Source: an uncultured Actinomycetota bacterium (GTDB lineage: Bacteria; Actinomycetota; Nitriliruptoria; Nitriliruptorales; Nitriliruptoraceae). Taken from it: a stretch of 53,638 nt of DNA. The notes beneath the pieces are model-generated. The model did not search any database, had not been told where the DNA came from, and saw nothing but the letters and a program-made list of their open reading frames with translations. Below, in pieces: positions 16,143 to 25,457 of the stretch. The number at the start of each line of letters is the position of its first letter. Position 1 is the stretch's first letter. The position numbers were made by a program, and so were the translations under genes. Location: NCBI GenBank assembly GCA_964608935.1, contig CAZSQF010000001.1, positions 1 through 53,638 of the forward strand, written 5' to 3'.

Positions 16143-18686
16143 ATGTCACGCTCTGCGCTCATCTGGCTACAGTCGAAGCTGACGGATGTCGACGCTCGCT
16201 CGTACGCCGATCCCTGCGAGGTGCGCGTGTACATCCCGCCGTCCAGACCCCTTCCGGCTCGATCCAGACGATCCGCTGCGATGCTGCTGGCGGGGCTGCT
16301 GGTGGCCTCACTGCTGGTCGCCCCTGGCGCGGGCGCGGACACCGCGGACGGTTTTCCGCTCGCGGGCGACTGGAACGGCGATGGCCGAACAACCCCCGGC
16401 TGGTACCTCGACGGTGAGGTGCTCCTTCGCAACGCCACCTCCACCGGTGCGGCAGACATCCGCTTCTCCTTCGGGCGTCGGGGAGATCTCCCGATCGTTG
16501 GTGACTGGGACGGCGACGGACGCGACACTCTGGGCGTGATCCGTGGGACGACGTGGTACCTACGCAATGACAACTCGAGCGGGCCGGCCGATCTCTCCTT
16601 TGTCTTCGGGCGCGTGGGGGATGGGGACATCGCTCTAGCCGGCGACTGGGACGGCGACGGACGCGACGGTGTGGGAATCGTGCGCGGCGGGGAGTGGCAC
16701 CTACGCAATTCCCCCAGCGGTGGTCCCGCCGACATCGTCCTCACCTTCGGACGTGGACATCGCGGGGACATTCCCCTTGCCGGCGACTGGACCGGAGACG
16801 GTAGGGACACCCCCGCCATCGTCAGGAACGGGACGTGGAACATCCGCGAGACGAACTCGAGTGGCGAGGCCGACCATGTTCTCCGCTACGGACGACCACA
16901 TGATGTGCCGGTGTCCGGCGACTGGAACGGCGCCGGACACCACACTCCGGGGATCGTCCGCGACAGCGAATGGTACCTGCGGGATTCCCTCGGTCGTCAT
17001 TCCGCGGACCACGTGTTCACCTTCGGACCAGAACCGGGTAACGACGACGGAACTGGGTCAGAACCAGACGATGGTTCGCCGGAGGCCAGCGATGTGGATG
17101 ATGATTCGCACCACAACCATCAGCAGGACGGCCACAGCGACGATGACATCGACCATGGCCAGTCCTCCGATGATGCGGACGTCCTCGTAACCGGCCATCA
17201 GGCCGCTGGCTTCACAGTCCCGGCGGGTCAGACGTGGCAGGTAAAGGGCGAGGTCACGACCACGGAGAACGTGGTGGTGTACGGGACTCTAAGAATGCGG
17301 GCCGGATCGACGATTACGTTCGTCGACGTGGACGAGGGCGCCTTCGTAGGCGGTGGTATGGACGTCATCGACAGCGATGTCGGTCTGTGGGTGATGGGAT
17401 CCGGCCGCCTTGACATTCACGGCACCCCGAAGCAAGGCTGGAACCGCACCGGCGCCCACGAAACGTGGGACTCGGACGATGAGTACGTGTTGGCGCCCCA
17501 CAGCGACGAGCGGGAGCCACAGCCGTGGACGCTCGGTGAGGATGTTCCGTGTGTTGAGTTCGCTCAGGAAACGTACTGCGCCGAGGTCGTCAACCTGACC
17601 CGCGACGTGGTAATCCAGGGAACATCGGGAGGGGCGTCGCATATATTCGTTCGTTCTGATCAACCACAGACTGTCAAATACGCGACGCTACGTCACATGG
17701 GCCCGAACGGTAACGGTCCAGTCGACGGTCGTTACGCCATCCACTTCCACCATGCTCACGATGGCTCACGAGGAACTATAGTCGAAGGCGTCGTTGTCCT
17801 CGACTCCGGTGATCACGCGTTTGTGCCCCATGAATCACACGGTATCACTTTCCGTGACACCGTCGCCTACAAGGTTCGCAACACTCCCTATTGGTGGGAT
17901 CCTGGCGACCATTCTAACGATATTCGCTACGAGGGAGCCTTGGCGATGGACGTTCGGGAAGGCCGTGACTCTGGAGCGCGTCTGACCGGCTTCCGGATGG
18001 CAAGAGGCCTAGGTAATGCGTGCATCAGCTGCACTGCGGTCCGTGTTCGAGGCGGCCACCCGTCGTCTGGCTTCGGATGGATTGAGCATACACCCAACAA
18101 GTGGGAATTCCGCGATTCGGTGAGCCACCACAACAACAACGGAGTCTACCACTGGCGCAATGAGCCACATGCAGGGGACGCAGTTCACGATCACCATGAC
18201 TTTGTCGCGTACAGCAACAGCAGATTCGGCATCATCCAAGGTGCTTATAGCATTCAAGCTCGTTGGCATGGCATAGCCCTATTCGACAATGGGATGCATC
18301 GTTCGTCGGCGAGTGCACTTATCAACCAAGGCTCTCCTCGCAGCGATTTGTCGCCACCGGGCATTGTCTATCGAGGTGGCGCGATCGGTGGAAATACTGG
18401 TGGCCCCCCGATTGCTATCCGTAGCATGGCCAGCTGTCCAAAGGAAGGAAACTTTATCCTGTTCGAGAATCTGCAGTTGCTCGATTGGGACGATGAACCC
18501 ATCCATGTGGACAAGAGTGACTGCGATCTTCACGGCGGCCATTTCGACGTTCGTTTCCGCGATGTAGTCGTCGGCCCCGAAAAGCGTGATCTGCAACCGG
18601 ATGACTTTCTGATCGAGGCAATTCCCTCCGATGGCGTCATCACGGTTCACCGGAAGGATGGAACAGCGTTTACCATTCCGGGCTGA
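16143..18686 (+). CDS. Secreted FG-GAP-like repeat / G8-like right-handed beta-helix protein (putative glycan hydrolase or lyase)
   Basis: Signal peptide RSRRSAAMLLAGLLVASLLVAPGAGA. Five GDWxGDG modules, then a His/Asp-rich linker. The region AGQTWQVKGEV...VVYGTLRM, RYAIHFHH and many short beta-helix turns follow. The start is uncertain (16125, 16143 or 16221). Confidence 0.7.
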   Translation: MSRSALIWLQSKLTDVDARSYADPCEVRVYIPPSRPLPARSRRSAAMLLAGLLVASLLVAPGAGADTADGFPLAGDWNGDGRTTPGWYLDGEVLLRNATSTGAADIRFSFGRRGDLPIVGDWDGDGRDTLGVIRGTTWYLRNDNSSGPADLSFVFGRVGDGDIALAGDWDGDGRDGVGIVRGGEWHLRNSPSGGPADIVLTFGRGHRGDIPLAGDWTGDGRDTPAIVRNGTWNIRETNSSGEADHVLRYGRPHDVPVSGDWNGAGHHTPGIVRDSEWYLRDSLGRHSADHVFTFGPEPGNDDGTGSEPDDGSPEASDVDDDSHHNHQQDGHSDDDIDHGQSSDDADVLVTGHQAAGFTVPAGQTWQVKGEVTTTENVVVYGTLRMRAGSTITFVDVDEGAFVGGGMDVIDSDVGLWVMGSGRLDIHGTPKQGWNRTGAHETWDSDDEYVLAPHSDEREPQPWTLGEDVPCVEFAQETYCAEVVNLTRDVVIQGTSGGASHIFVRSDQPQTVKYATLRHMGPNGNGPVDGRYAIHFHHAHDGSRGTIVEGVVVLDSGDHAFVPHESHGITFRDTVAYKVRNTPYWWDPGDHSNDIRYEGALAMDVREGRDSGARLTGFRMARGLGNACISCTAVRVRGGHPSSGFGWIEHTPNKWEFRDSVSHHNNNGVYHWRNEPHAGDAVHDHHDFVAYSNSRFGIIQGAYSIQARWHGIALFDNGMHRSSASALINQGSPRSDLSPPGIVYRGGAIGGNTGGPPIAIRSMASCPKEGNFILFENLQLLDWDDEPIHVDKSDCDLHGGHFDVRFRDVVVGPEKRDLQPDDFLIEAIPSDGVITVHRKDGTAFTIPG
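16350..17030 (+). repeat. Five tandem protein-level modules of about 45 aa (GDWxGDGxxTxGxxRxxxWxLRNxxSxGxADxxFxFG)
   Basis: Read from the translation of 15927..18686. The DNA copies have diverged. Confidence 0.75.
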
Positions 18687-18767
18687 CGCTCAGGCGCGGG
18701 GACACATCAGACGCATGGGTACCGTGCCGTCAGCTTGCGGTGTGCACAGGAGCACGGCCGACGTGGA

Positions 18768-19874
18768 CTAGCGTCGGCGGCGATGATGTGCGCGTCGGCC
18801 GGCGGAGTCACCGTCTCTGACCTCTTCGAGAATGGCAGCCCAGCGCCATACGACATTCTCCATCTTGTAACGCTCCGAGAACGCGGCTCGTGCCCGGCGA
18901 CCCACGTCCGCAGCCCATGGGAGCACCCTCTCCACTGTTGCCGCGAGCACGTCCGGACGTCCAGGCGGGATCAGGAAGCCCGTGGTCCCGTCATCGATCA
19001 TGACCGGGACCGCACCTACGGAGCTAGCGATCGCCGGCGTCCCAACCAAGCCTGCCTCGATGATCACCGCTGGCATCCCTTCGGACAGGCTCGGCAAGAC
19101 GAGCAGGTCCGCAGCCGCGTAGACATCGCGTGGGTCCGTGGTCACTCCCAGGATGTGCACCCGTCCCGGTGCGTACTGATCGCCCAAGGTCGTCAACCGT
19201 TGACGCTCGGGGCCGTCACCCGCGATCACCAAGTGCACGTCGTCGAGCTGACGTAGCGCCTCCAACAGCGTGGACACGTCCTTCTCTGCGGACAGCGCTC
19301 CGACGAAGGCAAGACACGGCTTATCAGTTGGCAGCCCACAGTGACTCCGGGCGCGAGCGCGGACCTTTGCGTCCTTGACCTGGAAGCGCTCGGCCATCAC
19401 CGCGTTGGGGACAACGTCGATGCTTGCCGCAGGAATCTTGTAGGTCGATGCGAGGTACTGGCCGGCGGCCTCCCAGAGCACCACAGTTCTCGCCGCTCGC
19501 CGTAGCATCCACCCGATCCCTCGGCGCCGCCAGCCTGAGTTCACCCAGTAGGAGGGGTCCCCGATTGTCCGGTACACGAACGGGACACCTGTTCCCACGA
19601 GTCCCACGGCGCACGCCTCCAGCGTTGCGGACCCGTGAGCGACCACTACGTCCGCTTGACCGGCTACGCCGCGAAGCGCCCGGAAGGTTCCTACGGAACG
19701 GCGCGTCGCTCCCAGCGTCGGAAGGTCGTGGGCCTCCGCCATCCCGGAGGGACTTAGGGCAGCCACTTGCGCTCGATGGCCCACCTCGCTCAGCCCGGCC
19801 GCGAGCTCAACCGCAAACGTCTCCGCGCCACGGCGAGCATCGCTGGTTACGACGTGCAGCGAGGCAGTAGCCAC
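18768..19874 (-). CDS. Glycosyltransferase family 4
   Basis: LAFVGALSAEKD and the E-x7-E region PSLSEGMPAVIIEAGLVGTPAI. GTG at 19872-19874 follows ggagaggg. The track start at 19886 is a TTG. Confidence 0.85.
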   Translation of the reverse strand: MATASLHVVTSDARRGAETFAVELAAGLSEVGHRAQVAALSPSGMAEAHDLPTLGATRRSVGTFRALRGVAGQADVVVAHGSATLEACAVGLVGTGVPFVYRTIGDPSYWVNSGWRRRGIGWMLRRAARTVVLWEAAGQYLASTYKIPAASIDVVPNAVMAERFQVKDAKVRARARSHCGLPTDKPCLAFVGALSAEKDVSTLLEALRQLDDVHLVIAGDGPERQRLTTLGDQYAPGRVHILGVTTDPRDVYAAADLLVLPSLSEGMPAVIIEAGLVGTPAIASSVGAVPVMIDDGTTGFLIPPGRPDVLAATVERVLPWAADVGRRARAAFSERYKMENVVWRWAAILEEVRDGDSAGRRAHHRRRR

Positions 19875-20251
19875 GTCCCTCTCCAACGACGCGTAGCCCG
19901 GTGGACCGGGGCCATCCCAGTGGGCCGGTTCACGATCGGGGACGTAGCATGCACCACCGGGCCGCTAGTCGCACTGGACTGACGGAATGCTCGTGGTGGG
20001 CGATGCAAGTGATGGCCTGCCGTGCGTCGTTGTCCCGGCCGGAGCGACCATCGTAACTGTCAGCCGACCTGCGCCACCCTTGTGACCACCTACCTCGCGC
20101 CAGCAAAGCCCCCATTCTCGAGGGACTGAGTGCGACCGCCCGCTCGCCGCACACCGGCCGATCCCTCGTGCCGGTCGCAAGACAGGGGCGAGCGGCCCAA
20201 TTCAGCGCTAGCCTCGCAAACTGGGGAAAAGACAGCGGTGGGGGACGTTCG

Positions 20252-21037
20252 ATGAAGGCGGTGATCCTGGCCGGTGGGTACGGGACGCGGTTGAGCGAGG
20301 AGACCGCCGTCCGACCGAAACCGATGGTCGAAATCGGGGGCCGGCCCATCATCTGGCACATCATGAGGTCGTACGCTGCCTACGGCATCGACGATTTCAT
20401 CGTCTGTTGCGGCTATCGCGGCGACGTGCTCAAGGAGTACTTCCTCAACTACGGGCGTTGGGAATCCGACTTTACGGTCGACGTGGGATCGGGCGACATC
20501 ACGATCCACCGCGGCGCGCGGGAGAGTTGGCGCGTCACGCTGATCGACACCGGCCTCGCCACGATGACCGGTGGTCGTGTGCGCCGGGCCCGGCCTTACC
20601 TCGACGACGAGACCTTCTGCCTGACGTACGGCGACGGTGTCTCCGACGTCCACATCGGGCAGCTCATCGACTTCCATGGCCAGCACAGTGCAATCGCGAC
20701 GCTCACAGCGGTTCGGCCGCCCGGACGGTTCGGTGCGTTGACGCTCAGCCACACCGAGAACCGGATCACGAGCTTCCACGAGAAGCCCGCGGGCGAGGAC
20801 GGTGGCGACGAAGCATGGATCAACGGCGGCTACTTCGTGCTCGAACCCGAGGCGATCGACTACATCGACGGCGACGACACCGTCTGGGAGCGTGAGCCGC
20901 TTGAACGCCTGGCGCAGGAGGGCAACCTCGCGGCCTACCGTCATCACGGCTTCTGGCAGCCGATGGACACGCTCCGAGACAAGCACGTGCTCGAGGATCT
21001 GTGGCAGGGTGGGCAGGCGCCCTGGGCAGTCGACTGA
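20252..21037 (+). CDS. rfbF: Glucose-1-phosphate cytidylyltransferase
   Basis: [18 protein letters not shown]...[17 protein letters not shown]...GYRG...TMTGGR...NGGYFV...[11 protein letters not shown] is the classic RfbF/DdhA pattern. The ATG is at 20252. Confidence 0.9.
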   Translation: MKAVILAGGYGTRLSEETAVRPKPMVEIGGRPIIWHIMRSYAAYGIDDFIVCCGYRGDVLKEYFLNYGRWESDFTVDVGSGDITIHRGARESWRVTLIDTGLATMTGGRVRRARPYLDDETFCLTYGDGVSDVHIGQLIDFHGQHSAIATLTAVRPPGRFGALTLSHTENRITSFHEKPAGEDGGDEAWINGGYFVLEPEAIDYIDGDDTVWEREPLERLAQEGNLAAYRHHGFWQPMDTLRDKHVLEDLWQGGQAPWAVD

Positions 21038-21090
21038 TCCGGAAGCTTCCAGCTCCCTGCCCCTGAGCGTTCGACGAGAGGAGGGCTACG

Positions 21091-22344
21091 ATGCTGAGCC
21101 CCACAACCGAGCCCGAAGGTGGCTCGTCGGCGGCGGTCGTGGCCGTCGTCGGAGCGGGTTTCGTCGGGCGCGGCTTGGTCCACCGCCTGGTGCGCCGTCA
21201 GGGCATCGCTCCTCCGCTCGTCGTCAACCGCAACGCTGAGCGCGCCCGACGCGCACTGCAGGATGCGGGAGTCCAGATCGACCCCCTCGTGAGCGACGAC
21301 CCGGAGCAGCTCTCCAATGCCATCGCCGAGGCTCGGCCGGCCATCGCCACCGACGCTGGCGTCCTCCCGGACGTGCACGGTGTCGATCTCGTGGTGGAGG
21401 CCACCGGGGCGATGGCGTTCGGCACGCGGGTGATCCTCGATGCGCTGAGCTCGGGTCGTCACGTGGTGTCGATGAACGCCGAGGTAGACGCCCTGCTCGG
21501 CCACCACCTGGATGAGGTCGCGGCGAGCAGCGGCGCGACCTACACGATTGCGGACGGCGACCAGCCGGGCGTGCTGCTGAGGATGATCGCCGAAGCACGC
21601 CTGCTCGGCTTGGAGGCGGCGGTCGCGCTCAACTGCAAGCGCAACCTCAACCCTTATCAGAGCCCGGAGGACAGCCGCCCGTACGCGGAGCGTGATGGCA
21701 CCAGCGTGGAGATGACCACCGCCTTCGGTGATGGCACGAAGATGCACATCGAGAACGTCGTGACCGCCAACCTCAGCGGCCTCACTCCGATCGCGATGGG
21801 TATCCCGGGCGTCCAGACGACGCTCGCCGATGTCGCGCGCGACGTTGCGGATATGGGCATCCCCGACGGGAGCGTGCACTTCACTCTCGGCGGTGACTTT
21901 GGCGGCGGGGTGCTGGTGCTGGTTCGCTCCCCGGATCCGGAGTTCGACGCTCCCTACCTGCGATACGGCAAGCTCGGTGACGGCCCCTTGTACCCGCTGT
22001 TCCGTCCCTACCACCTGATCCACATGGAAGCTGTCGTCACGATCGAGCAGGTCCTGGGGGGCGGGCCTCCCCTCGGCCACCGCACCGCCGAGCCGGTGGC
22101 GGCCTGCCTCGCTGTGGCCAAACGGGACCTCCGCGCGGGGCAACACCTTGACGGCATCGGTGGCGGCGCCTGCTACGGGTTGGCTGCCACAGCCGACGAG
22201 GCCGCCGGTCTGCTACCCATCGGCCTGGCCGCGGACGCCGTGTTGCGGCGTGAAGTACCGACGGATCGCCCGATCATGCTCGACGACGTCGAGCTCGACG
22301 AGGACTCGGAACTCGTCCGCCTCCACCGGCCGGCCAGTGCTTGA
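21091..22344 (+). CDS. NAD(P)-binding oxidoreductase, homoserine-dehydrogenase-like with a SAF-type C-terminal domain (COG4091-like)
   Basis: VAVVGAGFVGRGL Rossmann motif. Central ADGDQPGV. C-terminal RDLRAGQHLDGIGG resembles a SAF domain. The SD gaggaggg precedes the ATG. Confidence 0.65.
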   Translation: MLSPTTEPEGGSSAAVVAVVGAGFVGRGLVHRLVRRQGIAPPLVVNRNAERARRALQDAGVQIDPLVSDDPEQLSNAIAEARPAIATDAGVLPDVHGVDLVVEATGAMAFGTRVILDALSSGRHVVSMNAEVDALLGHHLDEVAASSGATYTIADGDQPGVLLRMIAEARLLGLEAAVALNCKRNLNPYQSPEDSRPYAERDGTSVEMTTAFGDGTKMHIENVVTANLSGLTPIAMGIPGVQTTLADVARDVADMGIPDGSVHFTLGGDFGGGVLVLVRSPDPEFDAPYLRYGKLGDGPLYPLFRPYHLIHMEAVVTIEQVLGGGPPLGHRTAEPVAACLAVAKRDLRAGQHLDGIGGGACYGLAATADEAAGLLPIGLAADAVLRREVPTDRPIMLDDVELDEDSELVRLHRPASA

Positions 22345-22398
22345 GGGACCAGCGGACTCGCTCCCCACGTTGGGCCCAGTCGGACATCAGGAGGTGTT

Positions 22399-22950
22399 AT
22401 GGAGTTCAGCCTCACCGAGGTCGACGGGGCGATGCTCGTTCGACCCGAAGCGCGGCACGACGACCGCGGTTGGTTCGCCCGGGTCTTCTGTACGCAGGAG
22501 TTCAACGAGCATCGATTGGCGACGTCGGTGGCACAGGTCAACCTCGCTGAGACCGCCGCGGCAGGAACGGTGCGGGGCCTGCATTACCAGCTGCCGCCTG
22601 CCGATGAGGCCAAGCTGGTCCGGTGCGTGGCGGGGAGCATCTTCGACGTAGTGGTGGACACGCGGCGCAAGTCCCCGACCTTCGGACGCTGGACCGGCGT
22701 CGAATTGACGGCAGAGGCAGCCGCCGCGCTCTACGTGCCGGCCGGATGCGCGCACGGCTACCAGGCGCTGACCGACGGGGCCCGAGCGCTCTACCACAGC
22801 AGCACGCCGTACACACCCGGCCTGGAACGGGGCGTCAACCATGCCGATCGGCAGCTGGCGATCGGCTGGCCTCTGGAGCCGATGCATGTGTCCGAGAAGG
22901 ACCTCGCGCTTCCCGAGCTCGCGGAGATCGAGCCGGCCGATCTCCCGTGA
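22399..22950 (+). CDS. NDP-4-keto-6-deoxyhexose 3,5-epimerase family (RmlC-like cupin)
   Basis: DDRGWFARVF, RGLHYQ, KLVRCVAGSIFDVVVDTRRKSPTFGRW and YVPAGCAHGYQ. The SD aggagg lies 4 nt upstream. Confidence 0.85.
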   Translation: MEFSLTEVDGAMLVRPEARHDDRGWFARVFCTQEFNEHRLATSVAQVNLAETAAAGTVRGLHYQLPPADEAKLVRCVAGSIFDVVVDTRRKSPTFGRWTGVELTAEAAAALYVPAGCAHGYQALTDGARALYHSSTPYTPGLERGVNHADRQLAIGWPLEPMHVSEKDLALPELAEIEPADLP

Positions 22951-22968
22951 CCGCAGCAGGCGCCGAAG

Positions 22969-24297
22969 TCAGCCCGGGAAGCCGATGCCGTCGTAGCGCG
23001 ACAAACGACTGGGGTCCAGCAGACGACGCCCGTCGAGGACCACTGGGTCGCGGCCGTCAAGGTGTTCGGCGAGGGCGCGGTACTCCGGCCACGCCGTGAT
23101 CAGAACGATCGCGTCGGCCCCACTGATCGCGTGCCCGAGGTCGTCGGTGTAGGAGATGCCCTCATCGCCAAGCACGTCGCGGCAGTTCGCGGTTGCGATG
23201 GGATCGTGGACGATGACGTCGGCGCCGTCGCGCACCAGCTGCGGGACCACGGTCAGCGTCGGTGACTCGCGGACGTCGTCGGTGCCCGGCTTGAACGCTG
23301 CGCCGAGCACCGCGACACGGCGCCCGTCGATCTCGAGATGGCGCCGGAGCCGCTCCAGCAAGACCGTCGGCTGCGCCTCGTTGACGCCGATGACGGAGTT
23401 GAGCAGCCGCATGTCGACCCCAGCTGCCTCTCCGTGTGCGATAAGGGCCTTGACGTCCTTCGGGAAGCAGCTACCGCCGAAGCCGCAGCCGGCAGCGAGG
23501 AAAGTGAGGATCCCCGGGGTGATGCGGCTCCCATCGACGACCGGCGAGAGGCGACGGTCGAGGTGGACGCCGCCGAGCACCTCCGTGACGTCGACGCCGA
23601 GTTCAGCGCACAGGTTGCCGATCTCGTTCGAGAAGGAGATGAGCGTCGCCAGCAGCGCGTTGGCGGAGTACTTCACCATCTCCGCGGTCCGCGGGTCGAC
23701 CCGGACGATCGGCGTGTCCGGGAAGACCGCGTACAGCTCCGTAAGGACGTCGAGCGTGCGCTCGTCGGCCGCGCCGATCACGATCCGGTCAGGCTCGAGG
23801 AAGTCCGCGACCGCGACGCCCTCCCGCAGGAACTCGGGGTTCATCGCTAGGCCGACCTCGGCACCGATCGTGCTCCCTGAGGCCTGCTCGATCACGGGGC
23901 CGACCACCTCCTGCGTCGTGCCCGGCACCACCGTGCTCTTCACGGCTACGACGTGGAAGCGGTCCACCTCCTTGAGGGCCAGTCCGACCTGCTGCGCTGC
24001 GATGCGGATCTGGCCGAGGTCGATGCGGTCCTCACCGAACGGCGTCCCCACCGCCAGGATCGTCACCTCGGTGTCGGACACCGCCTGCGCGAGGTCGGTC
24101 GTCACCCGGAAGCGGCTGCCGACGACCCCGGCGAGGAGCTCGGCCAGTCCGTCCTCGTGGATCGGACAGACGCCCGCGTTCACGGTGGCGACCCTGTCCT
24201 CGTCCACGTCCACGCACACCACGCTGTGGCCGAGGTGCGCGAGGCAGACGCCCGAGACCAGCCCGACGTAGCCAGTGCCGACGATCGACACCTTCAC
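22969..24297 (-). CDS. ugd: UDP-glucose 6-dehydrogenase
   Basis: KVSIVGTGYVGLVSG, NPEFLREG, GFGGSCFPKD and AFKPGTDDVRESP. The GTG start overlaps the upstream stop (GTGA at 24294-24297). Confidence 0.9.
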   Translation of the reverse strand: MKVSIVGTGYVGLVSGVCLAHLGHSVVCVDVDEDRVATVNAGVCPIHEDGLAELLAGVVGSRFRVTTDLAQAVSDTEVTILAVGTPFGEDRIDLGQIRIAAQQVGLALKEVDRFHVVAVKSTVVPGTTQEVVGPVIEQASGSTIGAEVGLAMNPEFLREGVAVADFLEPDRIVIGAADERTLDVLTELYAVFPDTPIVRVDPRTAEMVKYSANALLATLISFSNEIGNLCAELGVDVTEVLGGVHLDRRLSPVVDGSRITPGILTFLAAGCGFGGSCFPKDVKALIAHGEAAGVDMRLLNSVIGVNEAQPTVLLERLRRHLEIDGRRVAVLGAAFKPGTDDVRESPTLTVVPQLVRDGADVIVHDPIATANCRDVLGDEGISYTDDLGHAISGADAIVLITAWPEYRALAEHLDGRDPVVLDGRRLLDPSRLSRYDGIGFPG

Positions 24298-25415
24298 GAT
24301 CCCGCCTCCTGCTCCGCGAGGTACCAGCGCAGCGACCGCTCCAACCCGTCGTCGAGGTCGACCTCTGGCTCGAAACCGAGTTCGGCGCGCGCCTTGTCGA
24401 TCACCGGACAGCGGCGGTTCGGGTTGTCGGTCAGGTAGTCGGGATCGTCTGAGGTCCCCACGACGACCCTCCCTTCATATCCCACCAACCGGCTGCCGAT
24501 GGCGGCCATCCGTCCCGCGAGCTCCCGGATGGAGATCTCGGGGCGGTCCACACCGATGTTGTAGGCCTCCCCCGGACGTCCGTGTACCAGGGCCCGGTAG
24601 TAGCCGTCGACAGCATCCGCCACGTAGCAGAAGGTCCGGGTGGCCGACCCGTCGGACAGCAGCACGATGTCTCGCCCCTCAAGGATGTCCCCCGCGAAGT
24701 CGGGAATGACTCGGCGGTCGTCGATCCGTAGCCCCGGCCCGTAGTTGTTGAAGGGACGGACGATGCTCACGGGAACACTGTGCTGCCGCGCGAAGTTGAC
24801 GCTGAGCGTCTCGCCGTACCGCTTCGACTCGTCGTAGCACGCGCGCGGTCCCGTACACGAGACATAGCCGCGGTAGGTCTCCGGTGTCGGGATGTGGTCT
24901 GCGTCGGGGTCGCCGTAGATCTCGCTCGTGGAAAAGAACAGCACCCCGCCCAGCGGGTCATCCGCGGCGGCCCGTTCGGCGGCGTGGTCGAGCAGGACTC
25001 GGAGGCCGCCGACGTTGGCGTCCATCGTCTCGATGGGGTACCGGCGGTAGTAGGTCGGGGATGCGATGGATGCGGCGTGGACCACGTAGTCGAACCGTGG
25101 TCCGTCCACGGGCATCGGCGACAGGACGTCGCGCTCGACGATCGAGAGCGCCGCGTCGTCCAGCGGTGCTAGCCAGCTGGGCACGCCGCGCAGGAAGGCG
25201 TCGTGGACGCTGACACGGATCGGTGGAACGTCGGGGTTGGCCGCGTTCCAGTTCAGGGGGGCCTGCACGAGGTAGTAGCCGAGAAAGCCGCCACCTCCAG
25301 TGATGAGCAGATCCCGTCCAGACAGTTCCGCGAACACGCCCCCGAGCCGCTCCCTGAGCCGCGCCAGGTCATCGACGACGACGGCCGACAACGTCGACGA
25401 TTCAGCGGTACTCAT
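24294..25415 (-). CDS. SDR-family NAD-dependent epimerase/dehydratase, UDP-glucuronate decarboxylase (UXS/ArnA-C)-like
   Basis: LITGGGGFLGYYL (the GxxGxxG motif), the STSEIYG region, and YDESKR (the YxxxK motif). It is translationally coupled to ugd. Confidence 0.8.
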   Translation of the reverse strand: MSTAESSTLSAVVVDDLARLRERLGGVFAELSGRDLLITGGGGFLGYYLVQAPLNWNAANPDVPPIRVSVHDAFLRGVPSWLAPLDDAALSIVERDVLSPMPVDGPRFDYVVHAASIASPTYYRRYPIETMDANVGGLRVLLDHAAERAAADDPLGGVLFFSTSEIYGDPDADHIPTPETYRGYVSCTGPRACYDESKRYGETLSVNFARQHSVPVSIVRPFNNYGPGLRIDDRRVIPDFAGDILEGRDIVLLSDGSATRTFCYVADAVDGYYRALVHGRPGEAYNIGVDRPEISIRELAGRMAAIGSRLVGYEGRVVVGTSDDPDYLTDNPNRRCPVIDKARAELGFEPEVDLDDGLERSLRWYLAEQEAGS

Positions 25416-25457
25416 CGGTTGCCTGACCTCTGACGACCCCGGAGAACTGGCCCGATC

